Shown piece after piece: positions 12,140 through 24,527 of a DNA stretch of 64,000 bases (its first letter is position 1; each line of letters starts with the position of its first letter). The notes under the pieces were generated by a model. It did no database searches. It had not been told where the DNA came from and worked only from the letters and a program-made list of their open reading frames with translations. The stretch lies in the NCBI GenBank assembly GCA_038087875.1, contig CM076000.1:1240001-1304000 (forward strand), written 5' to 3'. The position numbers and the translations under genes are program-made. The stretch comes from Malacoraja senta (taxonomy: Eukaryota).

Positions 12140-15100
12140 CAGGAAACAGAGAGTAGTGTTGGGGGTGCCGTTTTTCAGACCAGAGGCCTGAGTAGTAGTG
12201 TGCCTCATGTATCAGTGATGGGACCATTGCTGTTTATCATCCATTTCGATGATTTGAATGGGAATGTACAAGGCATGATTTATAGGTTTGCAGATAACAC
12301 TGAAATAGATAGTATCATAGACAGTGAAGATAGTTATCAAGAATTACAGTGGGATCTTGATCCGTGGTACAGAGGAATGCAAATAGAGTTTAATTCAGAT
12401 AAGAGTGAGGAATTGCAATTTAGGAAGTCAAACCAGGACAGGACCTTCAGTGAACAGTAGGACCCTGGGAAATATTGTGGAAGAGGGATCTAGGAGTACA
12501 AGTGCATTGTTCCATGAAGTTTGTGTAACAGGTAGATAGGGTGGCAAAGAAGGCTTTTGGCATGCTAGCCATCAGTCAGGAAACTGAATACAGAAGTGGG
12601 AATGTTAAGTTATAGTTGTACAAGATGGTGAGGTGTCACTTAAAGTATTGTTTAAGAAAGAACTGCAGATGCTGGAAAAACTTCAGTCTTGGTCACCTGG
12701 CTATAGAAAAGATGCCATTAGGCTGGAATGAATGCAGAGAAAATTTGCGAGATTGTTGCCAAGATGTGAGGGCCTGTGTTATTGGGAGAGACTGGGACAT
12801 TATTCCTTAAATCACAGGATGGGCGATTTTTTAAGCTGTATAAAATAATGTGGGGCATACATAGGGTGGATGCATGGAGCCTTTTTCCCTGCATAAGGGA
12901 ATCAAGGACTAGAAGGCAAAGGGGAAAGATGAATGAATACGTTTATTGGCCAAGTATGTACACATACAAGGAATTTGCCTTGGTGCTCCGCTCGCAAGCA
13001 ACACCACCACATACAGTAAACAATTAAGAATAAAACATAAAACATTAAGAAAAAAACACCATAGTTTAAACATGTGAATGAAACAAATTACCAGAGCAAA
13101 AGGAGGCTACAGACTTTTGGTTATTGGGTAGAGCTACAACTCGTGGGAAAAAAAGCTGTTTTTATGTCTGGCTGTGGCGGCATTGACAGTCCGGAGATGC
13201 CTTCCAGAGGGTTTTTGGCCAGGGTGAGAGGGGTCAGAGATTATCTTACCCGCTTGCTTCCTGGCCCTTGTAGATACAGTTCGTCAATGGGGGGGAAAGG
13301 TTGCAGCCAACAACCTTCTCAGCTGATTGAACGATTCGTTGCAGCCTCCGGATGTCATGCAAACCAGACCATGATGGAGAGTTGAGGACAGACTCTACGA
13401 TGGCAGTATAGAATTGGACCATCATTGCCAGTGGCAGATTGTGTTTCCTCAGCTGCCGCAGGAAGTACATCCTGTTTGTGTACTAATTGTGGATGATCAG
13501 CTATGATCACATTGAATGGCGGTGCTGGCTCGAAGGGCCTACTCCTGCACCCATTGTCTATTGTTGGGCCTTTTTGATTGTGGAATCGATGGTGGCCCCC
13601 CATTTAAGGTCCCTGGAGATGATGGTTCCAAGCAAAGATCCTATAGCGGAGCAAGATAGACCATTCCTTCTAAATGCAATGGGCTGACGTGTAGTACGCA
13701 ACGGAGCGGAACGTGGGCCTTTTTTTCATCCATTTCAGTAACCTGACCCGACTTTGTAAATCCCTCTCGGCGTTGCGGGGGGACAGTTTGTGTGTGTGAT
13801 ATAGGGTTAGATTCATAATTCTGTTAAATTTTGTTAAAGATTAATATGTTAACAAATTATGATTCTGTTAATTGTCTTTAATGTTTTTCTAAAAAGCTTC
13901 TCTTTTTAAATGGCTCATGTGCTGTGTTTGAGTTGATTTTTGTATTACTCTTGCACTCTGTAATTCATCTAATCACACTGTTCACAACTGCGGTATTTGG
14001 AAAATAATAGCAATATGAAGATTCCAGTTGCTCTGCTCTTGGAATGTTCCTTAATGTTTTTTGTGTCTATGGAATTGTTTTTCAACGATAAAATGGGTCT
14101 GGTCTTCCCAATAGCCAGAGAGTGAAATGAGATCTGTCTGTAATGGTGGAGTTATCTAAATGAAGTATTTAACAAAATAAAATTTGTTTTGAGCTAGATT
14201 AAAAAACTTAATGTATAACTTAAGGATGGTTTTATTCAGCGACCATACAACTGATTAGATTGTGTAGGAAAGAACACACATACATGTTTAAGAAGGAACT
14301 GCAGATGATGGAAAATCAAACCCGCACCCGCTGAGTTTCTCCAGCACTTTTGTCTACACACATAAATGAATGTGATAGATGTATATAATCATATAACACA
14401 CACATATATATTTCTCCAGATTTGTATATATAATGATAAACTTTATTTCGGACACAAGGCCCAGACAAGGGGCAACATTACATAAAAACACATTGTAACC
14501 TCCCCGCAACTTTACCCTGGCGTCCCAGCCGTGCTGATCCGGGCCAGACTTCGCACACGCTGTGGAAGGAACATAAGCATCTTTTTGCTTTTTTTTTTTG
14601 TGAGGCAGAGAGGCAGAAAGAAAATGAGGAGAAGATTTTTACAAAAGATCTTTGATTTTTACGAGGATGTTTCCGTAACCGGCTTCTGTCTCCGCACTCG
14701 TATCTTTGCTCCGCTGTGGTGGACAAAGATGGCGGAGACCGAAGCCGGTTACGGAAATGGGGCCGAAATTTACCCATGAATCTGCCCATGACCGTACTAT
14801 GTCTTTTTCATTGAGTGGACTATCTTGCTTGCTATAGGATCTTTGGTTCCAAGGAACTTAAAAGACGCCACAGATGTGATTGTGGTGTTGTTGATGGTGA
14901 GTGGGGGGAGGGGAGAGGGTGCTCTCCTAAAGTTTACGCATAGGAACCTGACATACAGGTTTCACACAGAGGGTAATGGGAATATAGAATGAGCTGCCAG
15001 TAGTAGTAGTAGTTGGGGCAGATACAATAACAACATTTAAAATACATGTTCACAGGTACATACACACATAGTGAATGTTTAGAGGGATATCTTCTGAATT

Positions 15101-15250
15101 TGTAGTTGGCAGGGCAGTACTCTGCATATCGCCAACTTGTGCCAGATATGAGCCAGATGCAGAAAAGTGGGACTAGTTTTTAATGTGGCATCTTGGTCAG
15201 CATCCACAAGTTGGGCTGAAGGGCCAGTTGCTATGCTGTATGGCTCTACA
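12140..15250 (+). mobile_element. Degraded CR1 3' half containing a minus-strand Rex1-like fragment (~12930-14935)
   Basis: GPLLFIIHFDDL...FADNTEI (CR1 RT); MYFLRQLRKHNL...FYTAIVESVL (Rex1-like, minus strand). Confidence 0.7.
13633..14845. mobile_element. Non-autonomous TIR DNA transposon, P-element-like termini
   Basis: ~27-bp TIR CAAAGATCCTATAGCGGAGCAAGATAG and perfect 8-bp TSD GTTCCAAG (13625-32, 14846-53); splits a Rex1-like RT fragment. Superfamily is inferred. Confidence 0.8.
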
Positions 15251-15469
15251 GTACAGAATAAAATAAATTCAATCCAAAATCATAATAGCACTAAAGTTTA
15301 TAGCTGTAATTCAGGAGACCCCAGTGACACGAGTTGTGGGATTCAATATACATGGAAAATCCACCACATCATACAAATATCAAAACTCTGGTGATCGTCA
15401 ACAAATAAATTGATGCACCTTTTGCAAGTCATCATTCAGCGCTGCAGATTATTCTTCGTGGCTAGAGGA

Positions 15470-16330
15470 CGGTTTAACAGATTAAAAGACGGAATGTAAA
15501 ACCCGCCTGTTTTCCCCCCAGGCACTATGTAAAACGATACTGCATAGAACATAAAAAGCTGGCGCTTTGATCGGCCAGGTGAACAACGGACCTAGATGGA
15601 GTCGAGCAGTGTTATTCGGTGCCAGGAGGTGCTACCATGCCACTCGATCACAAAATGCGACTAGCCTCCCCGCTGAAATAACCGTACTATTAGCAGCTCT
15701 GTACGGCACTTCAAAATCCTCATGATCATTTAGTTTCTACTCAGAAACCAATTTATGATAAAATAAAAATATATATTTAGCCCAGATAAGTCACCGGTGA
15801 AGTTCAACAAACGAGTGATTGTAAGCAAACAAAGCACAATAAGGCTGGCTGCCAACCAATTAAGATAAGCACTGCCATTTACCTTCGACTCAACCTAGAT
15901 AGGAACATCCACACTGTTGTACAGGGAATCAGTTTCATAAGATGACTATCCTTCCACTCCCCCTTTCTCTTACCGGAGAGTTTTCCGCCGCTGTCTCCCT
16001 GTCTCCGTCTGCGCTGTGAAATGAAGTAAGAATTGGACTTCTCCGTCACCCACAGCTTGAGAGCATTTTTCAGCAACACTTCTTCAGGCTTGAGCCACAT
16101 AATGAACTCTCGCGGACATGAGAAACTAATATAAACCGTTTTTGTTTTCGACTTCGCGTAAATGTAGCAGCTCAATGTTGATCACATTGACTGAATACGT
16201 TTACGTTTCACCTGAAGCAACGCTCACGTTGGACCTTCGCCGGGGCTCGCTCTCAATTTCACCTCCAATTTCCGGATTTCACTCGGTTTCGAGTCTTCCG
16301 GCTCTAACGGAGGAAGTCCCACCCCAAAAT
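15470..16330 (-). promoter_or_regulatory. CpG-enriched probable promoter / first-exon region of TBC1D8
   Basis: Non-repetitive stretch with retained CpGs around exon 1; ETS-type CCGGAAG/GGAAGT motifs near 16275-16320. Confidence 0.55.
15974..16100 (-). CDS. TBC1D8: TBC1 domain family member 8 (Rab-GAP), first coding exon; rest of gene lies left of the window
   Basis: ATG at 16100 gives [42 protein letters not shown](G), matching the vertebrate TBC1D8 N-terminus as I recall it. Phase-1 donor G|GTAAG at 15974/15973. CNOT11 adjacency favours TBC1D8 over TBC1D8B/TBC1D9. No exon 2 found in 1-15973. Confidence 0.9.
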
Positions 16331-17161
16331 TTGCAACCATTCAGACCTTCTGAGCACTTATTTTCTCTGCTGAGTAAACTCATAATTTATTCCAGTGAAT
16401 ACATGAACATTAAGTAATGGATACATACATTAATGCATCGCAGCTCGGGGTTGTAAAAGGTTATTTGATACCCTGTCCCTGAAATATATGTAGAGAAGAT
16501 TTTCTTTTCAAATTATAAGACAATCTTCCTTTATTCCTACTCGTTATATGATGATGATGCATGCCCAATAGTTTGATGCATAAACATGGGTTTTCTTTTT
16601 AATTCAGGCAGCACTGGATTTGTTGTTCATACCTAATTATCCTAAAGAAGCTGGTGGTAAATTGCCTTCGTCAGTTGCTGCAGTCCGTCTTGTGAAGGCG
16701 CTTCGATGTGCTGGGGAGTGCATCCCAGAATTTACACCCGTAACAGGGATAAAATCCCGAATTTATACCCGAACAAAGATAAAATTCAGAATCGTGATAT
16801 GTACCTCTTGGATGGGAACCTGTAAATTATAGGTTCTCTCAAGTTTCCTTCCCCGAAAAAAAGAACAACGTGGAAGGCAAGGGAGAGCAGTAACAAAAGA
16901 AACATTACGAATATGGTTATCTGTGACGGGTGATGCTCTCCAGAGATCATCTTTGTTTCCCTGCGCGAGTCTATTATTCTGTGCATCAATATAAATAACA
17001 TCCGTATGACAAGAACGTCACAGATTGTTTGGCAACATTCAATGCACTCGATATTCAAGGTATACCGTTACGGTATTGTGACAATCTCTTCATTATTTTT
17101 TACAGTTTTTGTTCTGCTCACTTCCCTGCTACCACAAATTCCTCAAGCTGTGGTTGCAATT

Positions 17162-17790
17162 GGTGGCACGGTGATGCAGCAGTTCGTGCTGTTTCCTCAA
17201 AGCTCCCGGGACTTGGGTTCGAATCTGGACACGTTGCTCCTATGTGTAAGTTTCTGCTGGGTGCTCAGTTTCCTCCCACATTCCACGTATATGCTGGTAC
17301 TGGTAGGTGTTAGATACTGTAAATTATCCCATTGGACACGTTATTGGTAATACAATCAAAGGGCAGTGCATGCAAGTGTAAAGGAAATTAAATTGATGCA
17401 GTACAGGGACTGTTCCACCAAGAGTTGGCATGGACGTGACCGGCAAAATGGTTTCCTTCTGTGCCATTTATCGTTGAAAGATACAGCATGAAAACAGTCC
17501 CTTCAACTCGCGGAATCCACGCCGACCATCGATCGTCCATTCTCATGTTCTATGTTATCCAATTTTCGCATCCATTCACCAACACACAAGGGGCAATTTA
17601 CAATGGCCAATTAACCTACAAACCTGCATGTCTTTGGGATGTGGGAGAAATCTGGAGCATCCAACCGAAACCCACATGGTTACAGGGATATCGTGCAAAT
17701 TCCACAAACAGCACCCGAGGTCAGGATCAAACCTAGGACTCTGACGCTGTGAGGCGGCAGCTTAGTCAACTGTGTCACTGTGCCACCATG
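17162..17790. mobile_element. Two tRNA-derived SINE copies (HE1/V-SINE-like) in opposite orientations
   Basis: A/B-box-like GGTGGCACGGTG...GGGTTCGAATC head at 17162; reverse copy ending ~17790; related minus-strand fragments at ~835-945 and ~1233-1355. Confidence 0.55.
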
Positions 17791-20252
17791 TTAGGTAAAT
17801 ATACTGTACAAGCTACCTTTAGCTCCCACTCATTTTTACGTCAAAGGATTTTCAACAGAAAATCCTCTGTAGCCAAAAGGCAACAGCAGAGATTCAAAGC
17901 AGTTTGGACTAAAGAGTTGCTCCTTATCCTACTCACAGTACCTACTCTACGATAAATACCTCTACTGCTGAATATGCCTTATCCTGATATATAATTGGAT
18001 GTCAATGCACACCACAATGCTCTTGCCACTAATTTCATGTCCAATAGTTGTCTGAAATGGAACCAATCTGATGCATATTTGGTGTCATGCTTAACCCTGG
18101 TGAACATTGGACTACGTCCATGTCTGGACATAAATCTAAGGCATAGCTAGATTGGACTATTCCAATGCACACTTGGCTGGCCTCCCTATTTATACGATCC
18201 ATAAACGTGAGATCATCAAAAACAATTTTGCTCCTTTTGCAAATCGTGCCAAATGACAATCAATCATCATCTCTGAGATCTATATCTAGGCTTTATGTGC
18301 ATAGTTCTTAGTGCTTTTAAATTTGGTCTCCTGTTGAACAATGGCCATCCTGAGGCATAACTCAGAATCAGTATCAAAGCTGGAGTCAACCCATATGAGG
18401 ATGCATGTTTGGGCATCCAGCCTATACTCAGAGGCCTACATAAAAAGCACCCGGGAAATAATGCAAATTAGCCTATGAGAGTTATAGAGATACAGCACAG
18501 GAACAGATGTTCCTGGCACTCATCATGTTTAGATTAGTTTAGAGATACAGCGTGGAAACACGCCCTTCGTCTCACCGAGTCCGCACTGACCAGCGATCCC
18601 TGCACATTAATACTACCCTACACACACTATGGACAATTTTTTACATTTACACCAAGCCAATTAACCCATAATTGGGTGGCAACCCACCTGATCACACAGA
18701 GAATGTGCAAACTTCACAGATAGCACTGAAGCTGAGGATTGAACCAGGTCTCTAAAGTTTACTAGCTCTACTAGCTGCTACCAACATTGTGTAGCCTTCA
18801 TATGTTTCAGCATCTAGGACAGCATTTTAGCCCTTGTGAGAATGTATTGCTTTAAAAAATGGCCTAATTTTCTCCCTAAAAAGTGTCAAAGTTTTGCAGA
18901 TTTCTTTAACCAAATCTACAGCTCTAATTTATTATTATGTCTGCCATTAATTCAAATAACGGATGTTGAGATCTCTGCTGGACATATCTGTGCATTTAAC
19001 TATTTCATATTCTATTTGACAACTTTTTGGATGGTTAATATTTTATTTTTCTCTCTTTACCTAGAGCTAGTGACTCTTTACATGGAAATAACTCCATTCA
19101 ATCCAGTTTTAATTTCCTCTCACCCAATTGCTATTATTCACAAGAGAGTAAATAGTGATTTTCTTCGTGGGCTAATTAATAACAGGAAACTTTGGAGCCA
19201 AGCATAATGTCATCCATGTCTTACATGACATGTACTCTACTATTGAAAAATGAATAATGATGTAAAACAGAATATATTAGAAATACTCCGCAGATCAGGC
19301 AACAGAAGAGTTACCAATTCAAAGCAGTGGCCTTTTATCAGATGAAGGTAAAGTTGGAAGTCAAATGTGTCTGAATATTGATATGGAACAGTAAAACTAA
19401 TTTCAAAAGCTGTATCATTGCCCTATTTGAGAACTGCTAACCTAGACCAGTGCGTTAGCCATGGAACTATCTGGTTGGTACTGGTCAGTTGCTCCCTGAA
19501 TAAAATTAGCATTTATCTATTGAGTAACTGCGGACAACAATTATTTGCTGTATCCTTCATGTACTTTCGGCACTCTAATTCATTCTCATCAATGTTCCAG
19601 TACTTCAGAGGATTCTTGTAATTATCAAATTTGACAGGGTATGTCTGCCCAGGCCTTTCAAAGCCCTTTGCAAGATTAATGAAATTACTGAAGAATCTGA
19701 TGTCTGTGGACTAAATTAAGAAATCAAATGTGCTGAATCCAGAGCAATAGAGCACTACTATGACTTAATGGAACTAAATTCAAACCTTTGTGCTGTAACA
19801 ATTCTAGGATCTTCTGCCAGTCATTGAATGCTATTCATTTGCATCCGATCTAAGATTCATACTTCAGACAAATGAAAGTTCCCTCCTATGGTACAGATTA
19901 AGTAAACATATGTTATACTAATATTATAATGATCAAAGCATCAGTGATTTTTAAGCATGGCCTATTCATTTAGTCATGCCTTTGTGACGTTCCTTATCCA
20001 ATGAAGTAAACTGAAATTAAACTAATAGTAAAATTCCTTCTTATCAATTGTCACAGATAAATTCTCAATTTTTGTGGTTTTGTTGTGACATCCTTTTTTC
20101 TATTCGTAGGACTTCTTCCATCCACAGTGGAATTGGCAAATAGTCTTTTTATTTCATTACTGGTAAAGTTCACTTATTTCATGCTTCCAGTAGGGAATCA
20201 CAAAAACATGCATTAATGTCTCAGGGTCATTCAAGGAAATGCAATAGAAATA

Positions 20253-21666
20253 CAGTGCATTCAAAATTGAGCTTAGGTTCATCCTGCTTCCATTGATTAT
20301 CCTTGAGATGTTTCTACAACTAGATTGGAGTCCACCAGTGGTACATTAAATTAATTGGACATGGTTTAGAAAGGCACACACCTGTCTATATAAGGTCCCA
20401 CAGTTGACAGTGCGTGTCAGAGCAAAAACCAAGCCATGAAGACAAAGGAATTGTCCGTAGACCTCTGAGACAGGATTGTGTCGAGACGCAGATCTGGGGA
20501 AGGGTATAAAACAATTTCTGCAGCATTGCAGGTCCCGAAGAGCACAGTGTCCTCCGTCATTCTTAAATGGAAGAACTTTGGAACCACCAGGACTCTTCAT
20601 AGAGCTGGCCGCCTGGCCAAACTGAGCAATCAGGGGAGAACGGCCTTGGTCAGGGAGGTGACCAAGAACCCGATGGTCACTCTGACAGAGCTCCAGAATA
20701 CCTCTGCGGAGATGGGAGAACCTTCCAGAAGGACAACTATATCTGCAGCACTCCACCAATCAGGCCTTTTTGGTAGAGTGGCCAGATGGAAGTCACTCCT
20801 CAGTAAAAGGCACATGTCAGCCCGCTTGGAGTTTGCAAAAAGGCACCTAAAGGACACTCAGACCATGAGAAACAAGATTCTCTGGTCTGATGAAACCAAG
20901 ATTGAACTCTTTGGCCTGAATGCCAATCGTCACGTCTGGAGGAAACCAGGCACCGCTCATCACCTGGCCAATACCATACCTACGGTGAAGCATGGTGGTG
21001 GCAGCATCATACTGTGGGGATGTTTTTCAGCGGCAGGAACTGGGAGTAGTCAGGATCAAGGGAAAGATGAACAGAGCAAAGTAGAGAGAGATCCTTGATG
21101 AAAACCTGCTCCAGAGCGTTCTGGACCTCAGACTGGGGCAGAGGTTCACCTTCCAACAGGACAACGACCCTAAGTACACAGCCAAGACAATGCAGGAGTG
21201 GCTTCATGACAAGTCTGTGAATGTCCTTGAGTGGCCCAGCCCGAATCCGGACTTGAACCCGATCGAACATCTCTGGAGGGACCTGAAAATAGCTGTGCAT
21301 CGACGCTCCCCATCCAATCTGACAGAGCTTGAGAGGATCTGCAGAGAAGAATGGGAGAAATTACCCAAATACAGGTGTGCCAAGCTTGTAGCGTCATACC
21401 CAAGAAGACTTGAGGCTGTAATCGCTGCCAAAGGTGCCTCAACAAAGTACTGAGTAAAGGGTCTGAAAACTTATGTAAATGTGATATTTCAGTTATTTCT
21501 TTTTAACTACTTTGCAAAAATTTCGAAACTGTTTTCGCTTTTTTATTATTAGGTATTGTGTGTAGATTGATGATAAAAAAATGAATTTAATCAATTTTAG
21601 AATAAGGCTGTAACATAACAAAATGTGGAAAAAGTGAAGGGGTCTGAATACTTTATGAATGCACTG
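20253..21666 (+). mobile_element. Tc1 (DD34E, IR/DR type) transposon with most of the left IR deleted
   Basis: TA|CAGTGCATTC...GAATGCACTG|TA; right IR contains two GGTCTGAA(T/A)ACTT direct repeats. Confidence 0.93.
20436..21453 (+). pseudogene. Tc1 transposase pseudogene
   Basis: MKTKELSVDL*DRIV..., WSDETK, QQDNDPK-(34 aa)-E, SPNPDLNPIEHLW; stop at 20466-68, then a frameshift and a further stop near 21045-21085. Confidence 0.92.
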
Positions 21667-21984
21667 TAAATGGATCCTTAGCCAAAGCAGTCATTGGAAC
21701 AGCATTGTGGTGGATTTAAGGAGAACATTACTGCAGAAGAGGTTGAAGACTATCACCTGTGTAGGACTGATGCAGAAGCAAGCAGTCAAAGGAACAGAGA
21801 GGTTTTACATTGTGATTCAACATAGAATCAAGATGCCCCATCTACACAAGTCCCATCTGCCCATGTATGACCCATATCCACCTGAACATTTCCTATCCAT
21901 GAACCTATCCAAATATCTTTTAAATGTTGTTGTAGATTTTGCCTACTTCAACTACTTCCTCTGGCAGCTCATTCCACACACCCA

Positions 21985-23863
21985 TTGTTGGACGAATTAC
22001 AGATGGTAATGAGTCTGAGTATAGAAGTGAGATCGACCGATTGACCAAATGGTGCCAGCACAACAACCTGGCTCTCAATATCAGTAAAATCAAGGAACTG
22101 ATTGTGGACTTTGGAAGAGGATAGATGAGGACCAACAAACATAACAAACAACCTGGCTCACCTCAACGGAGCTGCAGGTCTAAAAGACACACGACAGAAG
22201 GACCAACAATCCTGTTTATATCAATGGGACGATGGTGGAGCGAGTCAAGAACTTCAAATTCCTGGGAGTGCATATTTCCGAAGATCTTTCCTGGACCCAG
22301 CACACTGATACAATTATAAAGAAAGCACATCAGCGCCTCTACTTCCTGATAAGATTACGAAGATTCGATATGTCAAAGAGGATTCTCCTGAACTTCTACA
22401 GGTGTACAGTAGAGAGCATATTGACTGGTTGCATCATGGCCTGGTTCGGCAACTTGAACGTCCAGGAGCAGAAAAGACTGCAAAAAGTTGTGACCACTGC
22501 CCAGTCCATCACCGGCTCTGACCTCCCCACCATTGAAGGGATATATCGGAGTCGCTGCCTCAAAAAGGCAGCCAGCATCAACACTATCCTGGCCACACAT
22601 TCATTTCATCACTATCATCGGGAAGAAGGTACAGGAGCCTGAAAACTGTAACATCCAGGTTCAGGAACAGCTTCTTCCCTGCAGCCATCAGGCTATTAAA
22701 CACGATAACAAATAACCTCTGAAGTACAATAGACGTATTATTATTGCACTATGACTTATGCATCGCAACGCAATCCTCAGACTTCAGCCAGATTGAGACC
22801 GCTCTGCAGAATATGACAATATACTACCAACAGAACTCCCTGTGCCCAAACCCAACAAAAACGCAAAGCGCAGCTTTCCACCTCCGGAACCGGGATGCGA
22901 AACGTCAACTGCAGGTGCGATGGAATGATGTCCTGTTGGAAGACTGCAAAGACCCAAAGTACCTAGGTGTGGTCCTTGATCGCACGTTATCATATCGCCA
23001 ACATGTTGAGAAAACCAAGGCAAAGGTCAACACCCGGAACAATGTAATAGAAAAATTGGCAAACAGCTCATTTGGAGGTGACCCATCAACAATCCGCACT
23101 GCAGCCCTGGCACTCTGTTTCTCAGTGGCAGAATATGTAAGCCCCATCTGGAGCCGCTCTAAACATGCACGCAAGGTGGACTCTGCATTGAACATTGCCT
23201 GCAGGAAAACCACAGGATGCCTGAAGCCGACACAGGTTGAACATCTGTACGAGCTGGCAGGCATCGGCGAACCATCTCAAAGACGTGATCGGGCAGCTGC
23301 AGTAGAACGCTTCAACACAGACCCCCGCCACCCCTTGCACAATCACCAACATGCCAAGAAACGCCTGAAGAGGCGGAACAGCTTCATGGAACTAGAGCCA
23401 ACTGTGCCAGGCACCAAAACCAAACAATAGATGGCACCAGGACACCACCTGCCTTAGACTACCTGGAAAGCTCTAAACCGCCTCCGCACTGGAGTGGGAC
23501 GTTGCGGACTCAACCTGAATAAGTGGGGCCTCTCGGACTCTGGCAAGTGCAACTGTGGAGAGGTACAGACACTGGCCCACCTACTGACTTGCAGCGGAGA
23601 GGCATGCACTGCGGACAATCTCTGCGGAGGCACAGATGTGGCACTGGCTGTGGCAAAGCGATGGCAGAATGTCGTATGACACACGAGCGAACGAAAATTG
23701 CACTATTATTGTGTTTTTTTAGTGTATGTGTATATACACACTGAACTTTTTCTCTCTCGTTTATGTACTATGTTTACATATTCTGTTGTGCTGCAGCAAG
23801 TAATAATTTCATTGTTCTATCTGGGACATATGACAATAAAACACTCTTGACTATTGACTCTTG
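21985..23863 (+). mobile_element. 5'-truncated Rex1/Babar-like LINE inserted in a CR1 fragment
   Basis: IVGRITDGNESEYRSEIDRLTKWCQHNNLALN, VKNFKFLGVHISEDLSW, KAHQRLYFL, FYRCTVESILT; (CTCTTGA)-like tail; CR1 3' sequence continues on both sides. Confidence 0.8.
22753..23696 (+). mobile_element. 5'-truncated Vingi/Ingi-like (I-group) non-LTR retrotransposon
   Basis: DLCIATQ...PKYLGVVLDRTLSY...IRTAALALCFSVAEYVSPIW, C-terminal LNRLRTGVGRC and CNCGEVQTLAHLLTC, no RNase H; 10-bp TSD ATTGCACTAT (22743-52, 23697-706). Confidence 0.75.
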
Positions 23864-24527
23864 CTCTGTGTGAAAAGGTTTCCCCTCAGATTCCTATTAA
23901 GTCTTTCTCCTCTCACCTTAAACCTATTTCCTCTGGTTCTTGATTCCCGTACTTTGGGTAAAAGACTATGTGCATCTGCCCTATCTATTCCCCTTATGAT
24001 CTTATACACCTCTATAAGATCACCTCTCATCCTCCAACATGCTAAGAAATACCGTCCTAGCCTGCCCAACTTCTTCCTATAGCTCAGGCCCTCGGTTCCT
24101 GGCAACATCCTCATAAATATTTTCTGTTCTCTCTCATTGTTGTTACATTGTGATAATGCAATGGGGGAATTTAGGAGGGGCAAGACTGATTGATGAAAGG
24201 GCGGTACTTACAAGGCCTGAGAAGTTTATGGCACAGTTTTTTGAAGTGATGATTGGGACTGACAAAAAGATTACAATGCTTGAGACGTGGGGAAATGTTA
24301 TACGGTCATAAAGCAAAAGGCAAGGGCAGCTGGCAGATATGCAGCTTGATGGAAACAGGAAAGAAGTGGTTCTCATGAACAGGATGAACTCAGTTCACGT
24401 ACTTAGAGAAGCAGAAAAGAACTGGAGATAGGCGAAGTTGAGGATCAGGGCAATTAGATAGGCTTGGCCAATAAAAGTAATCCAGACAGCATTCTGGAAT
24501 ACATTGACATGGTTCTGTTTTATTATA

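Larger units (their letters stand above)
21825..24130 (-). mobile_element. CR1 3' fragment, split by the Rex1-like insertion
   Basis: RMRGDLIEVYKIIRGIDR...SRTRGNRFKV in 23865-24130 and VWNELPEEVVE in 21930-21984. Confidence 0.75.

Noticed and set aside
1..15973. Further TBC1D8 exons or intronic snoRNAs
   Set aside because: No matching peptide or convincing C/D or H/ACA structure found by eye; small features could have been missed
16101..16175. N-terminal extension of TBC1D8 suggested by the ORF track
   Set aside because: Starts at a non-ATG codon; similarity begins exactly at the ATG at 16100
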